A stretch of 32,000 nt of DNA from an archaeon (GCA_035390665.1 DAOOUC010000004.1:1-32000), one strand, 5' to 3'; numbered from the stretch's first letter, positions 18,259 to 27,670 are shown. The notes: generated by a model not told the origin, from the sequence alone. Translations and numbers: made by a program.

Positions 18259-18951
18259 CTACTCATCAAGTAGTTTTCCATCAAATTCTTTTGCAATAGA
18301 GTCTGCAAGTTTTATCTTCTTACTTGGTGCTTCTATATGTAAAATGTTGTCTTTTTCAAAATAAACCACAATTCCTTCAGAAGAAGACAATCTAAATTTC
18401 ATGTTCTGCGATTTTAAAATTTCATCGAAAATTAAATCAATATTACTTGCAGGAACAACAATGTCTATTCCTACTTTTCTTCCACCGACATGTGTTGCTA
18501 TATTATTAAGGTCGATTGTTCCAACAACACTAAACTTTAAAACAAATTCTTCAATATTAAATGAATCAATAATCTTTGTTAAATAATCTTTTGACTTTTT
18601 AGAATTTTCAAAAACAATTGTTCTGTAGGTTCTAAAATTCTCTAAGAATACATTACCCTGATTGATTTCTTTCTCGTAATTATCTATCTCATCTTTTAAG
18701 TTTTCAATAAGTGTCTGCATCTTCTTGTAAAGTCCAATTAATTCTCTTCTTTTTACTTCTTCTTCAACCATTTGATTAAATAATGGCTCTTTTTCACTAA
18801 TATCCTCTAATTGTCTAACATCTTGAGCAATAGAGTTAATTATTTCATTCATTGGCTTGTATAATTCCATAACTTTATTTGTTTTATAAAGGTTCTTATT
18901 TAAAGAATCAAACAATTTAGATAATTTAGCATCAAGTTCTGGCATAAACAT
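18259..18951 (-). CDS. Coiled-coil hypothetical protein
   Basis: 230-aa ORF with a long central coiled coil. The true start may be MPELDAKL at 18945. Confidence 0.6.
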   Translation of the reverse strand: MFMPELDAKLSKLFDSLNKNLYKTNKVMELYKPMNEIINSIAQDVRQLEDISEKEPLFNQMVEEEVKRRELIGLYKKMQTLIENLKDEIDNYEKEINQGNVFLENFRTYRTIVFENSKKSKDYLTKIIDSFNIEEFVLKFSVVGTIDLNNIATHVGGRKVGIDIVVPASNIDLIFDEILKSQNMKFRLSSSEGIVVYFEKDNILHIEAPSKKIKLADSIAKEFDGKLLDE

Positions 18952-19029
18952 ACCTCTTTTTTTTAATATATATTAATTAGATAAGAAACTCTATTTAAAG
19001 GTATTTTTTATACGAAAAGCTTTAAAAAC

Positions 19030-19371
19030 CTATAAATATCTAACAAACTTATTGTTCTTATCAACAAGTATTTTTTTTGATTGAATTGGTTTGTCAGTTA
19101 TCTCAAAACCCATAATTATTACTTCTTCTCCTTTCTTTATCAAATGAGCAGAAGCACCATTCATACAGATTACTCCTGAATCTTTATCTCCAGTAATAAC
19201 ATAAGTTTCAAGTCTGTTTCCTGTGGTGTTACTTACAACTAAAACTTTTTCTCCATCAATTAAATCAACTAAATCCATTAAAGTTTTATCAATAGTAATA
19301 GAACCAATATATTCTAAATTTGCTTCAGTTACTATTGCTTTATGAATTTTAGATCTTAATATTTCTCTCAT
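19030..19371 (-). CDS. panD: Aspartate 1-decarboxylase, pyruvoyl-dependent bacterial-type
   Basis: REILRSKIHKAIVTEANLEYIGSITIDK..., with the Gly-Ser self-cleavage site in YIGSITID; LETYVITGDKDSGVICMNGASAHL. Confidence 0.93.
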   Translation of the reverse strand: MREILRSKIHKAIVTEANLEYIGSITIDKTLMDLVDLIDGEKVLVVSNTTGNRLETYVITGDKDSGVICMNGASAHLIKKGEEVIIMGFEITDKPIQSKKILVDKNNKFVRYL

Positions 19372-19375
19372 ATTT

Positions 19376-20278
19376 TTACTCTTTAATTTCTAAATAACAA
19401 TGATAAGCAGCAATTGCTCCTTGACTAGATGCGGTGATAACCTGCTTTAAATCTGTGGAATCTGTTGCATCTCCTGCAGCAAATATTCCAGAAATGTTTG
19501 TTTCTTGATTCTTATCAACAACAATATATTTGTGTTCATCTAAAGAAAGATTAAGTTTAGACAATAACTCTGTGTTTGGAACAGAACCAACTTCTATAAA
19601 CAATCCATCAATAGAAATTTCTTTTCCTGTGTTTGTTTTTATTCCTTGGAGTTTTTCTGTGCCTAAAAGTTCTGTTACTTCTGTGTTATAGAGTATTTCT
19701 ATCTTAGAATTATTTGTTGCTTGATCAATCCAGGCTTGTTCGGCTCTTAGTTTTTCTTTTCTATAAATTAAATAAACTTTACTTGAAAGGTCTGCCAAAA
19801 GAAGAGCAGAAGTAACTGCAGCATCACTTCCTCCAACAACACCAACAATTTTATTTTTATAGAAACCGCCATCACAGGTTGCACAATAGCTTATTCCTTT
19901 ACCTGTTAGTTCTTCTTCTCTTTCTACCCCTAATTTTCTTCTAGTTCTGCCGATAGCAAGAATTATTTTTTTTGCTCTTACTGTTCTTTGATCTGAATTA
20001 ACTATAAATTGATTCTCTATTTTATCAATAGCCATTACCTTTTCAAAACCAACTTCTACTCCTAGACTTTGTGCTTGAGAAATAACTTTTTCTGACCATT
20101 CCATTCCAGAGATTTCAACAAAACCAGGATAATTACACACCTTGTGAGCATAAGATATTGTTCCACCAAAAGAATCAGAAAAGACAATTGTCTTTAAACC
20201 ATATCTTGCTGCATAGATTGAAGCAGTTAAGCCCGCAGGCCCTCCACCGATAATTGCTATATCATAAATTGTATTCAT
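19376..20278 (-). CDS. trxB: Thioredoxin reductase
   Basis: FAD motif AIIGGGPAGLTASIYAARYG, redox-active CATCDG, GLFIEVGSVPNT, GIFAAGDATD. Confidence 0.95.
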   Translation of the reverse strand: MNTIYDIAIIGGGPAGLTASIYAARYGLKTIVFSDSFGGTISYAHKVCNYPGFVEISGMEWSEKVISQAQSLGVEVGFEKVMAIDKIENQFIVNSDQRTVRAKKIILAIGRTRRKLGVEREEELTGKGISYCATCDGGFYKNKIVGVVGGSDAAVTSALLLADLSSKVYLIYRKEKLRAEQAWIDQATNNSKIEILYNTEVTELLGTEKLQGIKTNTGKEISIDGLFIEVGSVPNTELLSKLNLSLDEHKYIVVDKNQETNISGIFAAGDATDSTDLKQVITASSQGAIAAYHCYLEIKE

Positions 20279-20315
20279 AAATAAATAATAAAAGAAAAAG
20301 AATATAAATTGAATT

Positions 20316-20981
20316 TTATCTTGTTAATCTTCTTCCAACTCTTTTGTATATTTTTTCTAAAAATTCAATTGCTTGAACTGGGCTCATGTTTTTTATTTCT
20401 GTTGGAATCACTGATTTATGAATTTCAGAATAGAATGCACCAGTAACTTTGCGGTTTACTTCTGAAAAAGATGGAGCTTTTACAAATAATCCTCTTTGTT
20501 CGCGTTCGGCTTTCTTTGCTAACTTTTCATAAACTTTGTTTACTAATTTATCGTGTATTTTTTGTACAGTTAAATCTTTTCCTGAAATTTTTAATAAACG
20601 GTTTAATTTATTGACCCATTCTTTTGTCTGTCTTTTCTTAATCGCATTTAATCTTTTTCGTTCTGCATTTTTTAAATCATATTTTCTTTCTAATTTCATT
20701 AATTGTAATCTTTTATTTAATTGTAGTCTTCTATCAATTAATTTTTGTTCTTGTATTTTTTTATCACGTAATTCTTTTGCATTTTTTACTCTTTTTTTAT
20801 ATTCTTTAATAAGTATTTCTTTATTTTCTTTTTCAAAAGCAATTTTTTCATTGAATTTTTTTGTTCCAGGTTTTGTTAATCTTCCGGTTTTTGGATCCCT
20901 TTCATAACCAAGTTCTTTAGGTGTTGCTCTTTTTCCTGTTACTGCTTTTCTTAATCTTAATAATAGTCTTGGTACGGCCAT
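20316..20981 (-). CDS. Uncharacterised basic protein, cluster member 1
   Basis: 221-aa Lys/Arg-rich ORF with N-terminal RATPKELGYERDPKTGRLTKP and C-terminal VTGAFYSEIHKSV. Confidence 0.6.
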   Translation of the reverse strand: MAVPRLLLRLRKAVTGKRATPKELGYERDPKTGRLTKPGTKKFNEKIAFEKENKEILIKEYKKRVKNAKELRDKKIQEQKLIDRRLQLNKRLQLMKLERKYDLKNAERKRLNAIKKRQTKEWVNKLNRLLKISGKDLTVQKIHDKLVNKVYEKLAKKAEREQRGLFVKAPSFSEVNRKVTGAFYSEIHKSVIPTEIKNMSPVQAIEFLEKIYKRVGRRLTR

Positions 20982-20985
20982 ATTT

Positions 20986-21531
20986 TCATCTCCTATTGTT
21001 TAAGTCTAATCTTACATTCTTTAATATTTCTTTTCTATTTGAATGTATAGAAACTGACAAATGATCTACTAGATTTTGAATTTTTGCATAATCTAATTTC
21101 CCATTATAAAGGGTTGATTTTAATGAATATAGTTCTGTAAAAAAAGCAGATGTAAATTTATCTTTTAATTTTGCTTCAAATAATTTATATTCTGGATTTG
21201 CGTGTTTTTTCTGATATTGCACTTCTGAATCAAATATCTCATGATATATTTTTTCCTTAATACTATTTACTGTTTCTCCTCTTCTTATACTTGATAATTC
21301 GGAATTTATTTCTTTAATCCAATTACTTAATTGCAATCTTCTTCTTCTTGCTATTCTTGCTTGTTCTATTTGTAATGCTTTTTCTCTAATAATTAAGTTT
21401 GAACTTTTTTTTGGGTCAATTATTCTTCCTGTATTTTTGTCCCTTGTTAAATCTAATTCTGCTCTAGTTTTCTTTAAAGAACTTGTAGTTAATCTTTGAA
21501 TTCTTGACTTAATTAATTTTAATGGAGGCAT
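20986..21531 (-). CDS. Uncharacterised basic protein, cluster member 2 (possible diverged paralog of member 1)
   Basis: 181-aa ORF with KKTRAELDLTRDKNTGRIIDP and FTSAFFTELYSL, matching the order and spacing style of member 1. Confidence 0.6.
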   Translation of the reverse strand: MPPLKLIKSRIQRLTTSSLKKTRAELDLTRDKNTGRIIDPKKSSNLIIREKALQIEQARIARRRRLQLSNWIKEINSELSSIRRGETVNSIKEKIYHEIFDSEVQYQKKHANPEYKLFEAKLKDKFTSAFFTELYSLKSTLYNGKLDYAKIQNLVDHLSVSIHSNRKEILKNVRLDLNNRR

Positions 21532-21541
21532 AATATATCAC

Positions 21542-22270
21542 TTAAACTCCTAAAGACTTAAAAACTTTTAAAGAATTCTTTGTATTTTTTAGAAATGTTT
21601 TTGCATCTAAAATTTGCTCAGGAGTATAGTATTGTCTTATTTCTGCTTCTGGATATCTTCCAATTTGTAATATTTCTGGCAACGTAAAATGCTTTTTTGC
21701 AATACTTAAATGTATCCCTGCTTCCTGTAAACTATTTAATTTCAAAAATCTCATTAAATCTACAACTTTTCTTTTTTTTGTTATTCTCCACGTATTTACG
21801 CTTGCATCAGATTCTCTTAATGTTAATCTTCTAGAATCCAATAAATCATTAAATAAGCCAGATTCTTTGTAATAATCTCCTTTCAATAAATCTACTCTTG
21901 TAATTCTTACTTTTTTTGCTATTGGACCTTCTCCTGTGGTAAATACAATATTTCCATTTTTGTGATCAATTCCAATCTCTGCAACAGGGGCATTAAAAAA
22001 TGGTTGTCTTGGTTTACTTGTATTATTAATTTTATGATCTTTAAGAAGGTATTCTTGTGCTTTTACAATCTTTGCATTTTCTTTTCCAATTTTTTTTAAT
22101 TTCTCTAATTGAGCTGGCGTCCATCTTACATTATTTAAATCTTGAGAATGTCTTTCATAAGACTTAAGTAATAATCCACCTTTCCAGGTTGTTGCAACTT
22201 GTTTTGTACCTGAAGCAGTTTTTTGAATCTTTAAAACCCCTTTTGGTTTTGGCTGTGGTTTTATTGGCAT
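21542..22270 (-). CDS. Uncharacterised basic protein, cluster member 3
   Basis: 242-aa ORF starting MPIKPQPKPKGVLKIQKTASGTKQVATTWKGG; 10 nt upstream of member 2. Confidence 0.6.
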   Translation of the reverse strand: MPIKPQPKPKGVLKIQKTASGTKQVATTWKGGLLLKSYERHSQDLNNVRWTPAQLEKLKKIGKENAKIVKAQEYLLKDHKINNTSKPRQPFFNAPVAEIGIDHKNGNIVFTTGEGPIAKKVRITRVDLLKGDYYKESGLFNDLLDSRRLTLRESDASVNTWRITKKRKVVDLMRFLKLNSLQEAGIHLSIAKKHFTLPEILQIGRYPEAEIRQYYTPEQILDAKTFLKNTKNSLKVFKSLGV

Positions 22271-22361
22271 TTAATATCGTCTCCATTTATTTTAATTACT
22301 AATAATTAAATGGTTAATAGAAATGCTTTTAAATATTTAGAATTAGAAAAACCCCAAAACA

Positions 22362-22497
22362 AATCGCATTCGCGATTCCCAAAGAAAATTATTAATTTTC
22401 TTGGGCGCATAAAAGCTTTGCTTTTATTGCGTCTCTGGGCCCAGAAAAATCGGTGGATTTTTCTTGGGAAAAAAATGCTTAAATTAAAATTTAAGCA
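22362..22497. other. Array of at least five consecutive hairpins/palindromes immediately 3' of tfb
   Basis: AATCGC-ATTC-GCGATT (22362-22377); CCCAAaGAAAATT..AATTTTCTTGGG (22378-22405); CGCATAAAAGC-TTT-GCTTTTATtGCG (22406-22431); CCCAGAAAAATC-GGTG-GATTTTTCtTGGG (22440-22468); TGCTTAAATT-AA-AATTTAAGCA (22476-22497). CTGGGCCCAG (22435-22444) is a further palindrome. Confidence 0.75.
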
Positions 22498-23396
22498 TCG
22501 ATGTTTAACTTAAGTTTCGACTTAAGCTCTCTGTATCTGTTTCTTATAGTTACTTCTGTTACACCTGCAACATTAGCAACCTCTTTTTGTGTCCTTCTCT
22601 CCCCAACCATCAAGGCAGCGATGTAAACTGCAGCAGCTGCAACTCCTGTTGGGCCTCTACCAGAGATTAAGCCTGAACCTATTGCTTTCTTAACAATCTC
22701 TTTACCTTTCTCTTCAACTGCTCCTGAAAGACCTAAAACTGAAGTAAATCTTGAGATATAGTAAGTTGGGTCTGTTAATGGAACTGCAATTTCTAATTCC
22801 TTGACTATAAATCTATATGTTCTTCCAATTTCTTTCTTTGTTAAACCAGAAGCCTCTGCCATCTCGTTTAATGTTCTTGGAACATTGTATGTTCTACATA
22901 CCGAGTAAAGAACTGCAGCAACAACTGCTTCAATTAATCTCCCTCTAATTAAACCTTTCTCAACTGTCTTTCTGTAAAGTAAAGCAGCGGTTTCTATTAA
23001 TGATTCTGGAATATTTAAGTATGAACCCATTCTTCGTAGCTCTGTTAAAGCAATTGAAAGATTTCTTTGCATGGAGTTTGAGATTGATGATCTCTTATGC
23101 CATTTAATTAATCTATACATTTGTGCTCTTGATTTTGAGGATAGCTTATTACCTCTAAGATCTCTTCCCGATCTTTCAATCATTGTTTCAAGGCCTTTAT
23201 TAATCTTAACATACTTCATTGGAGAACCAGACCTTGCTTGTTCTGAACCTGGAGACTGATCAAAATTTCTCCATTCCTTTCCCATATCAACCATGTCTTC
23301 ACTTATAATTGTGTGACAATTCTTACAGATTAATTCACCTGTTCTTGGATCTTTGTAAACTTTGTCCTTTCCACACTCTGGACATTTCATTGCCAT
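22491..23396 (-). CDS. tfb: Transcription initiation factor IIB
   Basis: N-terminal zinc ribbon MKCPECGKDKVYKDPRTGELICKNCHTII, then two cyclin-like repeats. Confidence 0.96.
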   Translation of the reverse strand: MAMKCPECGKDKVYKDPRTGELICKNCHTIISEDMVDMGKEWRNFDQSPGSEQARSGSPMKYVKINKGLETMIERSGRDLRGNKLSSKSRAQMYRLIKWHKRSSISNSMQRNLSIALTELRRMGSYLNIPESLIETAALLYRKTVEKGLIRGRLIEAVVAAVLYSVCRTYNVPRTLNEMAEASGLTKKEIGRTYRFIVKELEIAVPLTDPTYYISRFTSVLGLSGAVEEKGKEIVKKAIGSGLISGRGPTGVAAAAVYIAALMVGERRTQKEVANVAGVTEVTIRNRYRELKSKLKLNIDA

Positions 23397-23588
23397 TTAT
23401 ATCACTCCCTTGTTATTATTAACTTTTCGCAAATCATAATTTCAAAAATAGAGCTTGCAGCCATAATAATCATTAAAAAACAAACTAAAGCAAACCTATA
23501 TAAATATTATTCTTTTTTCTAGTATATATAGCTTTCGGTTTTAGCTAGTTTTTAGAATAATTAAAGAAAATTGCTTTTTTAACAATAA

Positions 23589-25025
23589 TTAAATAATGTC
23601 GTCTTTTTTTATTTCTATATTACTACTTGTTAAGGTTGGTCTTAAAAGAAGTCTTAATGGATCTTTATCTGGATATCTAATAACTGCGTCATTTCCTTTT
23701 ATTAATTCTATTCTTACATCGCTTATATCTTTATCCCTAAAATCATTTAAATATTCAGAACTTATTACAAAACTTAGTTTTGGATTTTCCTTTAATAAAG
23801 TAATTAATTCTTTTCCTATAAATCCATTATTAATTATTGAATTTAATTCCGGAAGAATAATTAACAATTCCTCTTTTGTTTCTTCTGATATTTTTTTTAA
23901 AATTGTATAAGTGTAATAAACATAAAATGGATCATCCATCTTCAATTGAACAATTTTACTAGATCCTATATTCTTATATGTATTTTCAAATATTTGTGAA
24001 ATGTCTGTATCTCCAAAATAAGAACTATATTCTGTATTAATAATATTTAATTTAGAAATAATTCTCCATTTTTCAAATTCTGTAATTTCATCTGTTAAAT
24101 CTAATTTAATTATTTTTTCTATTAATTCAGATATGTCTTTTAAATTAGAATCAAAACAAGAATCTATGATTTTTTGAGAAACTTCTGTTAATTTAAACAT
24201 ATTAATAAATGCAGATTTTGGAATTATTCCTAAAGGCATTTTAAATTTAAAATATTCATAATTATTTGCAGGAAAACCAAAAGGAGAAATCTTCATATCA
24301 AATTCAGAAAGTAATTCTTCTTTTTGTTGAGGATAAGATAAAGTTTTAAAAACTCCTGTTCCATCAAATACAACAACCTTCTTTGAAGATAACAAATAAT
24401 TTTCACAAATTAATTTTATAGCGAAAATTCTTTCATCTAATTTTCCATTAACAACACAAACAGATCTTAAATTATCTAATGTTGCATTAATTGATATTCC
24501 ATTTTTCTTACCAAGTAATAACTTGTCTATTGAAGAAATCACCGAGAAATCCACAGCTGTTGGTAAATTTGTTAAAATTTTTACAACAAATGGATCTGTA
24601 AAAAAGAAATTCTTTATATTTTCTGGTAATATCTTCAAAGAAATTAATTTTATATTATATGATTTTATTATAGAAACAATGGAACCTGTTGTTTTATTTA
24701 ATTGTAATATCTTTTTTTCAATATGGGTATTTAATTGAGAACTATCTACAATTTCTGTTTCTGTATTTAAAATTAAAAACTTATATGTGTTTTTTTCACC
24801 AATATCAAAATGCTTTTGATAAATTATACATTGATTTGGTAAAGTTTCGGCAAATGTCTCTATGTCTCCATTAACTGAAAATACTTTATAAAGTTGTATA
24901 ACTACATTTGACTTGTCTCTAGATTTAAGGATAGATACAAAATTGTCTTCATCGTAATATATAGAAAGGTCTTTCTGGCCATAGTGACCTTCAAATAATG
25001 TATTCCATGTTGTTATCGGTTGCAT
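23589..25025 (-). CDS. HerA/VirB4 (DUF87)-like protein with degenerate Walker A
   Basis: 'LLLGKKNGISINATLDNLRSVCVVNGKLDERIFAIKLICENYLLSSKKVVVFD' has the layout of DUF87 ATPases (G..NG..v..dl..lphllV.G.tGsGKS), but the GxxGxGK[ST] motif is absent. Confidence 0.5.
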   Translation of the reverse strand: MQPITTWNTLFEGHYGQKDLSIYYDEDNFVSILKSRDKSNVVIQLYKVFSVNGDIETFAETLPNQCIIYQKHFDIGEKNTYKFLILNTETEIVDSSQLNTHIEKKILQLNKTTGSIVSIIKSYNIKLISLKILPENIKNFFFTDPFVVKILTNLPTAVDFSVISSIDKLLLGKKNGISINATLDNLRSVCVVNGKLDERIFAIKLICENYLLSSKKVVVFDGTGVFKTLSYPQQKEELLSEFDMKISPFGFPANNYEYFKFKMPLGIIPKSAFINMFKLTEVSQKIIDSCFDSNLKDISELIEKIIKLDLTDEITEFEKWRIISKLNIINTEYSSYFGDTDISQIFENTYKNIGSSKIVQLKMDDPFYVYYTYTILKKISEETKEELLIILPELNSIINNGFIGKELITLLKENPKLSFVISSEYLNDFRDKDISDVRIELIKGNDAVIRYPDKDPLRLLLRPTLTSSNIEIKKDDII

Positions 25026-25131
25026 AATTATACCTTTCTTGTAACTTATATTTAAATCAAAACATTTAAATAAATAATATATTATATATCTTTAACAAGA
25101 AAAGACTTATTTTAATAAAAAATGATGAAAA

Positions 25132-25614
25132 ATGGTAGATGTTACACTAATAAAAGACACAATTACTGAATTATTAAGCGCTAATGTTGATAAAGAAACA
25201 ATATTTGCAACATTAAAAGATATAGGAGTAGAAGATGGAGATATTGAAAAATATTATTCTGAAATAACAAATCCTAAAATTCCTAATAAAGAAGAATCTA
25301 GAAAAACAGAAGAACCTAAATTAGCAAATAAACAAGAAATACTTAAACCAACTACAACAACAGAAGAACTAGAAAATGCAACAAATGATGTAATTGAGTC
25401 TGAACCTGAAACAAAAGTAGAACCTGCAATTACTAAAAAAACAGAAAATTTTTCATTTAATGTAACTGATTCTGTTAACACCGAAGAATTAAAAAAACAA
25501 ATTATCGAACTTGAAGAAAAAGTTTCAGAAATTAAAGCGCAAATTAATGGACTTACAAAAATAATGAAAGACATCTTAGAAGAGAACAGAAATATTTTAA
25601 ATAAATTAAAATAA
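25132..25614 (+). CDS. Hypothetical protein with C-terminal coiled coil
   Basis: 160-aa ORF; N-terminal small helical domain, acidic linker, C-terminal LKKQIIELEEKVSEIKAQINGLTKIMKDI coiled coil. Confidence 0.6.
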   Translation: MVDVTLIKDTITELLSANVDKETIFATLKDIGVEDGDIEKYYSEITNPKIPNKEESRKTEEPKLANKQEILKPTTTTEELENATNDVIESEPETKVEPAITKKTENFSFNVTDSVNTEELKKQIIELEEKVSEIKAQINGLTKIMKDILEENRNILNKLK

Positions 25615-25616
25615 AC

Positions 25617-25928
25617 CTATTGTTTTCCAAGCATTCTTAATAAATCGTCGTATCCGCCAGAGTCTTCTTCTTCTTGCTTCTTTGATCCAAATATTGAAGC
25701 AATAACAATTATTGCACTCATTATTCCCATCAAATACCACCAAGTAATTGCAATTTCTCCAGTCTTTATGAAAACAATTATCATAAATAATAAAACGAAT
25801 AATAAATTAGTTAATGTAGGATAAAATAAAGAATAAATAATAATTATAAAAACAGAAAAAAAATCATAATTATATTGTGAAGAAATTATCATTAAAATAC
25901 AAATTATAAAAAAATTTAAAAATTCCAA
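25617..25928 (-). CDS. Small membrane protein
   Basis: Hydrophobic segments followed by an acidic/glycine C-terminal tail (KKQEEEDSGGYDDLLRMLGKQ). Confidence 0.5.
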   Translation of the reverse strand: MEFLNFFIICILMIISSQYNYDFFSVFIIIIYSLFYPTLTNLLFVLLFMIIVFIKTGEIAITWWYLMGIMSAIIVIASIFGSKKQEEEDSGGYDDLLRMLGKQ

Positions 25929-25941
25929 AATTTAATCACTT

Positions 25942-26208
25942 TCATTTCTTTATAATAAATAATCCTTTTATATTATTTTTTAAATCACTACCAAAAATAT
26001 AATAAATACCAATACCAATAGCAACTAACCAAATTATTTGAGGATATCTATAAAATAAAAGGAAAACAAGAAAACCTGTCACAAGAATTGCAACAATTTC
26101 ATTTCCAATTTTCTTTTTAGCCCAAACATAAATCGAAATAGAGAAAACTATAAATAATACAATCCAGATTGTGTCTTGAAATGTTGTAGATAGTATTGTA
26201 TTATTCAT
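25942..26208 (-). CDS. Small membrane protein
   Basis: 88-aa ORF with three hydrophobic segments, downstream of rpl15e on the same strand. Confidence 0.5.
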   Translation of the reverse strand: MNNTILSTTFQDTIWIVLFIVFSISIYVWAKKKIGNEIVAILVTGFLVFLLFYRYPQIIWLVAIGIGIYYIFGSDLKNNIKGLFIIKK

Positions 26209-26217
26209 TTAATTCAT

Positions 26218-26832
26218 CTACTTTGCTTTTCTATTATTTGCTCTTATTGATGGTCTATTTTTTTCTGTGCCTGTTCCTTTCTTATCTAATCCTCTATTTT
26301 TCTTTCCAGCACTTGTTATTCCTTTATAGACTCTTCCTTTGTTTTGTGGCCAACAAATCCAATTAAGGTCTTTGTCTGCAACAATTCTTGGGTGTGTTGG
26401 ATCAATTAATATTACTTCATAATATTTTTGTTGACCGTCTTCTCCAATCAAATAAGAATTTAATACTTCAAGACCTGGAAACTTTGATGCTGCTCTCATT
26501 TCTGCAATTCTTTGAATGGATATTCTTCTTGTAATTTTGTTTACTCCCATTCTTTTTGGTTTTCTTCCATTTACTGGTCTTCTAATTAATCCTGAACCTT
26601 TTCTTACTTTTGTTAAAGCAACAATTATTCCTTGCTTTGCTTTATAACCTAAAGATCTTGCTCTTGGAATATTTGTTGGATTTTCTAATTTTAATACAGC
26701 TTCTTTTGTGTGTCTGTATTTAATTAATCTATCAGTATATAATTTCTTATAATTATAATTACTGTCTTTTTCTTTTTTAAATTCCTTTTGTATTGTTTCT
26801 TTTATATATTTTGTTGCTGTTGCCATTTTCAC
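26218..26832 (-). CDS. rpl15e: 50S ribosomal protein L15e
   Basis: YKAKQGIIVALTKVRKGSGLIRRPVNGRKPKRMGVNKITRRISIQRIAEMRAASKFPGLEVLNSYLIGEDGQQKYYEVILIDP. Confidence 0.95.
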   Translation of the reverse strand: MKMATATKYIKETIQKEFKKEKDSNYNYKKLYTDRLIKYRHTKEAVLKLENPTNIPRARSLGYKAKQGIIVALTKVRKGSGLIRRPVNGRKPKRMGVNKITRRISIQRIAEMRAASKFPGLEVLNSYLIGEDGQQKYYEVILIDPTHPRIVADKDLNWICWPQNKGRVYKGITSAGKKNRGLDKKGTGTEKNRPSIRANNRKAK

Positions 26833-26970
26833 ACCTATTTTTTAAATTATGGTTTAATATATTATTTAACCTACTAGATATAATTATAGTAACGAAACCT
26901 TTATATAGTGGTTGTTAAAATAAGCAAAAATCTAGCTTATTTTCAGAAAAAGAACAAAATTTAGAAAAAT

Positions 26971-27669
26971 ATGCATTTATTCCCATCAGATGTTGCTAAG
27001 AAAAAAGCATTGTTGGCAATATTTCTAATCATATTTGTTTTGATTTTATTTATCATTCTTGTATTTCCAATAGTAAAATACCTAATACGCCCAACACAAT
27101 TAAAATTATTTGTTCTGCAGTTTGGTGTATGGTCACCAATTGTTTTTGTTTTATTACAAACATTGCAAATGCTTTTTTTGATTATACCTGGCGCACCTTT
27201 CTTAATTGCTGGGGGATATGTTTTTGGAAATCTTGGTATTGTTTATTCAGTTATTGGAATAATGATTGGATCAATGATTGTTTTTGGAATGGGTAGATTA
27301 TTTGGTAGGCCTTTTTTAGAAAGTGTTATTGATAAGAAAGCAATTGCAAAAATTGATTATCAATCAAATAATGTTGGAAAAACATTATTTGTTTTATTCC
27401 TTATACCTCCAATTCCACATGATATCTTCAGCTTTATTGCAGGGATTACAACTTTAAAATTTAAAGACTATATGCTTATTTCTTTTGTTGGAAGATTACC
27501 CTTAATTGTGTTTTATACACTTGTTGGATATCAACTTACAAAACTTAATCTATTTTATTCTTTACTGTTATTAATTATTATAGTAATTGGTTCTATTTTT
27601 ATCTTTTATCACAAAGAAAAAATAGAAAATAATATACACGAATACACAAAAAAATTTGATAAAAAATAA
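26971..27669 (+). CDS. VTT-domain (DedA/TVP38-like) membrane protein
   Basis: SPIVFVLLQTLQMLFLIIPGAPFLIAGGYVFG and GRLFGRPFLESVIDKKAIAK, typical VTT-domain layout. Confidence 0.8.
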   Translation: MHLFPSDVAKKKALLAIFLIIFVLILFIILVFPIVKYLIRPTQLKLFVLQFGVWSPIVFVLLQTLQMLFLIIPGAPFLIAGGYVFGNLGIVYSVIGIMIGSMIVFGMGRLFGRPFLESVIDKKAIAKIDYQSNNVGKTLFVLFLIPPIPHDIFSFIAGITTLKFKDYMLISFVGRLPLIVFYTLVGYQLTKLNLFYSLLLLIIIVIGSIFIFYHKEKIENNIHEYTKKFDKK

Positions 27670-27670
27670 A

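Noticed and set aside
22310-22513. 67-aa plus-strand ORF in the supplied track
   Set aside because: It lies entirely within the hairpin array and the end of tfb. Its composition is dictated by the palindromes and there is no protein-like signature.
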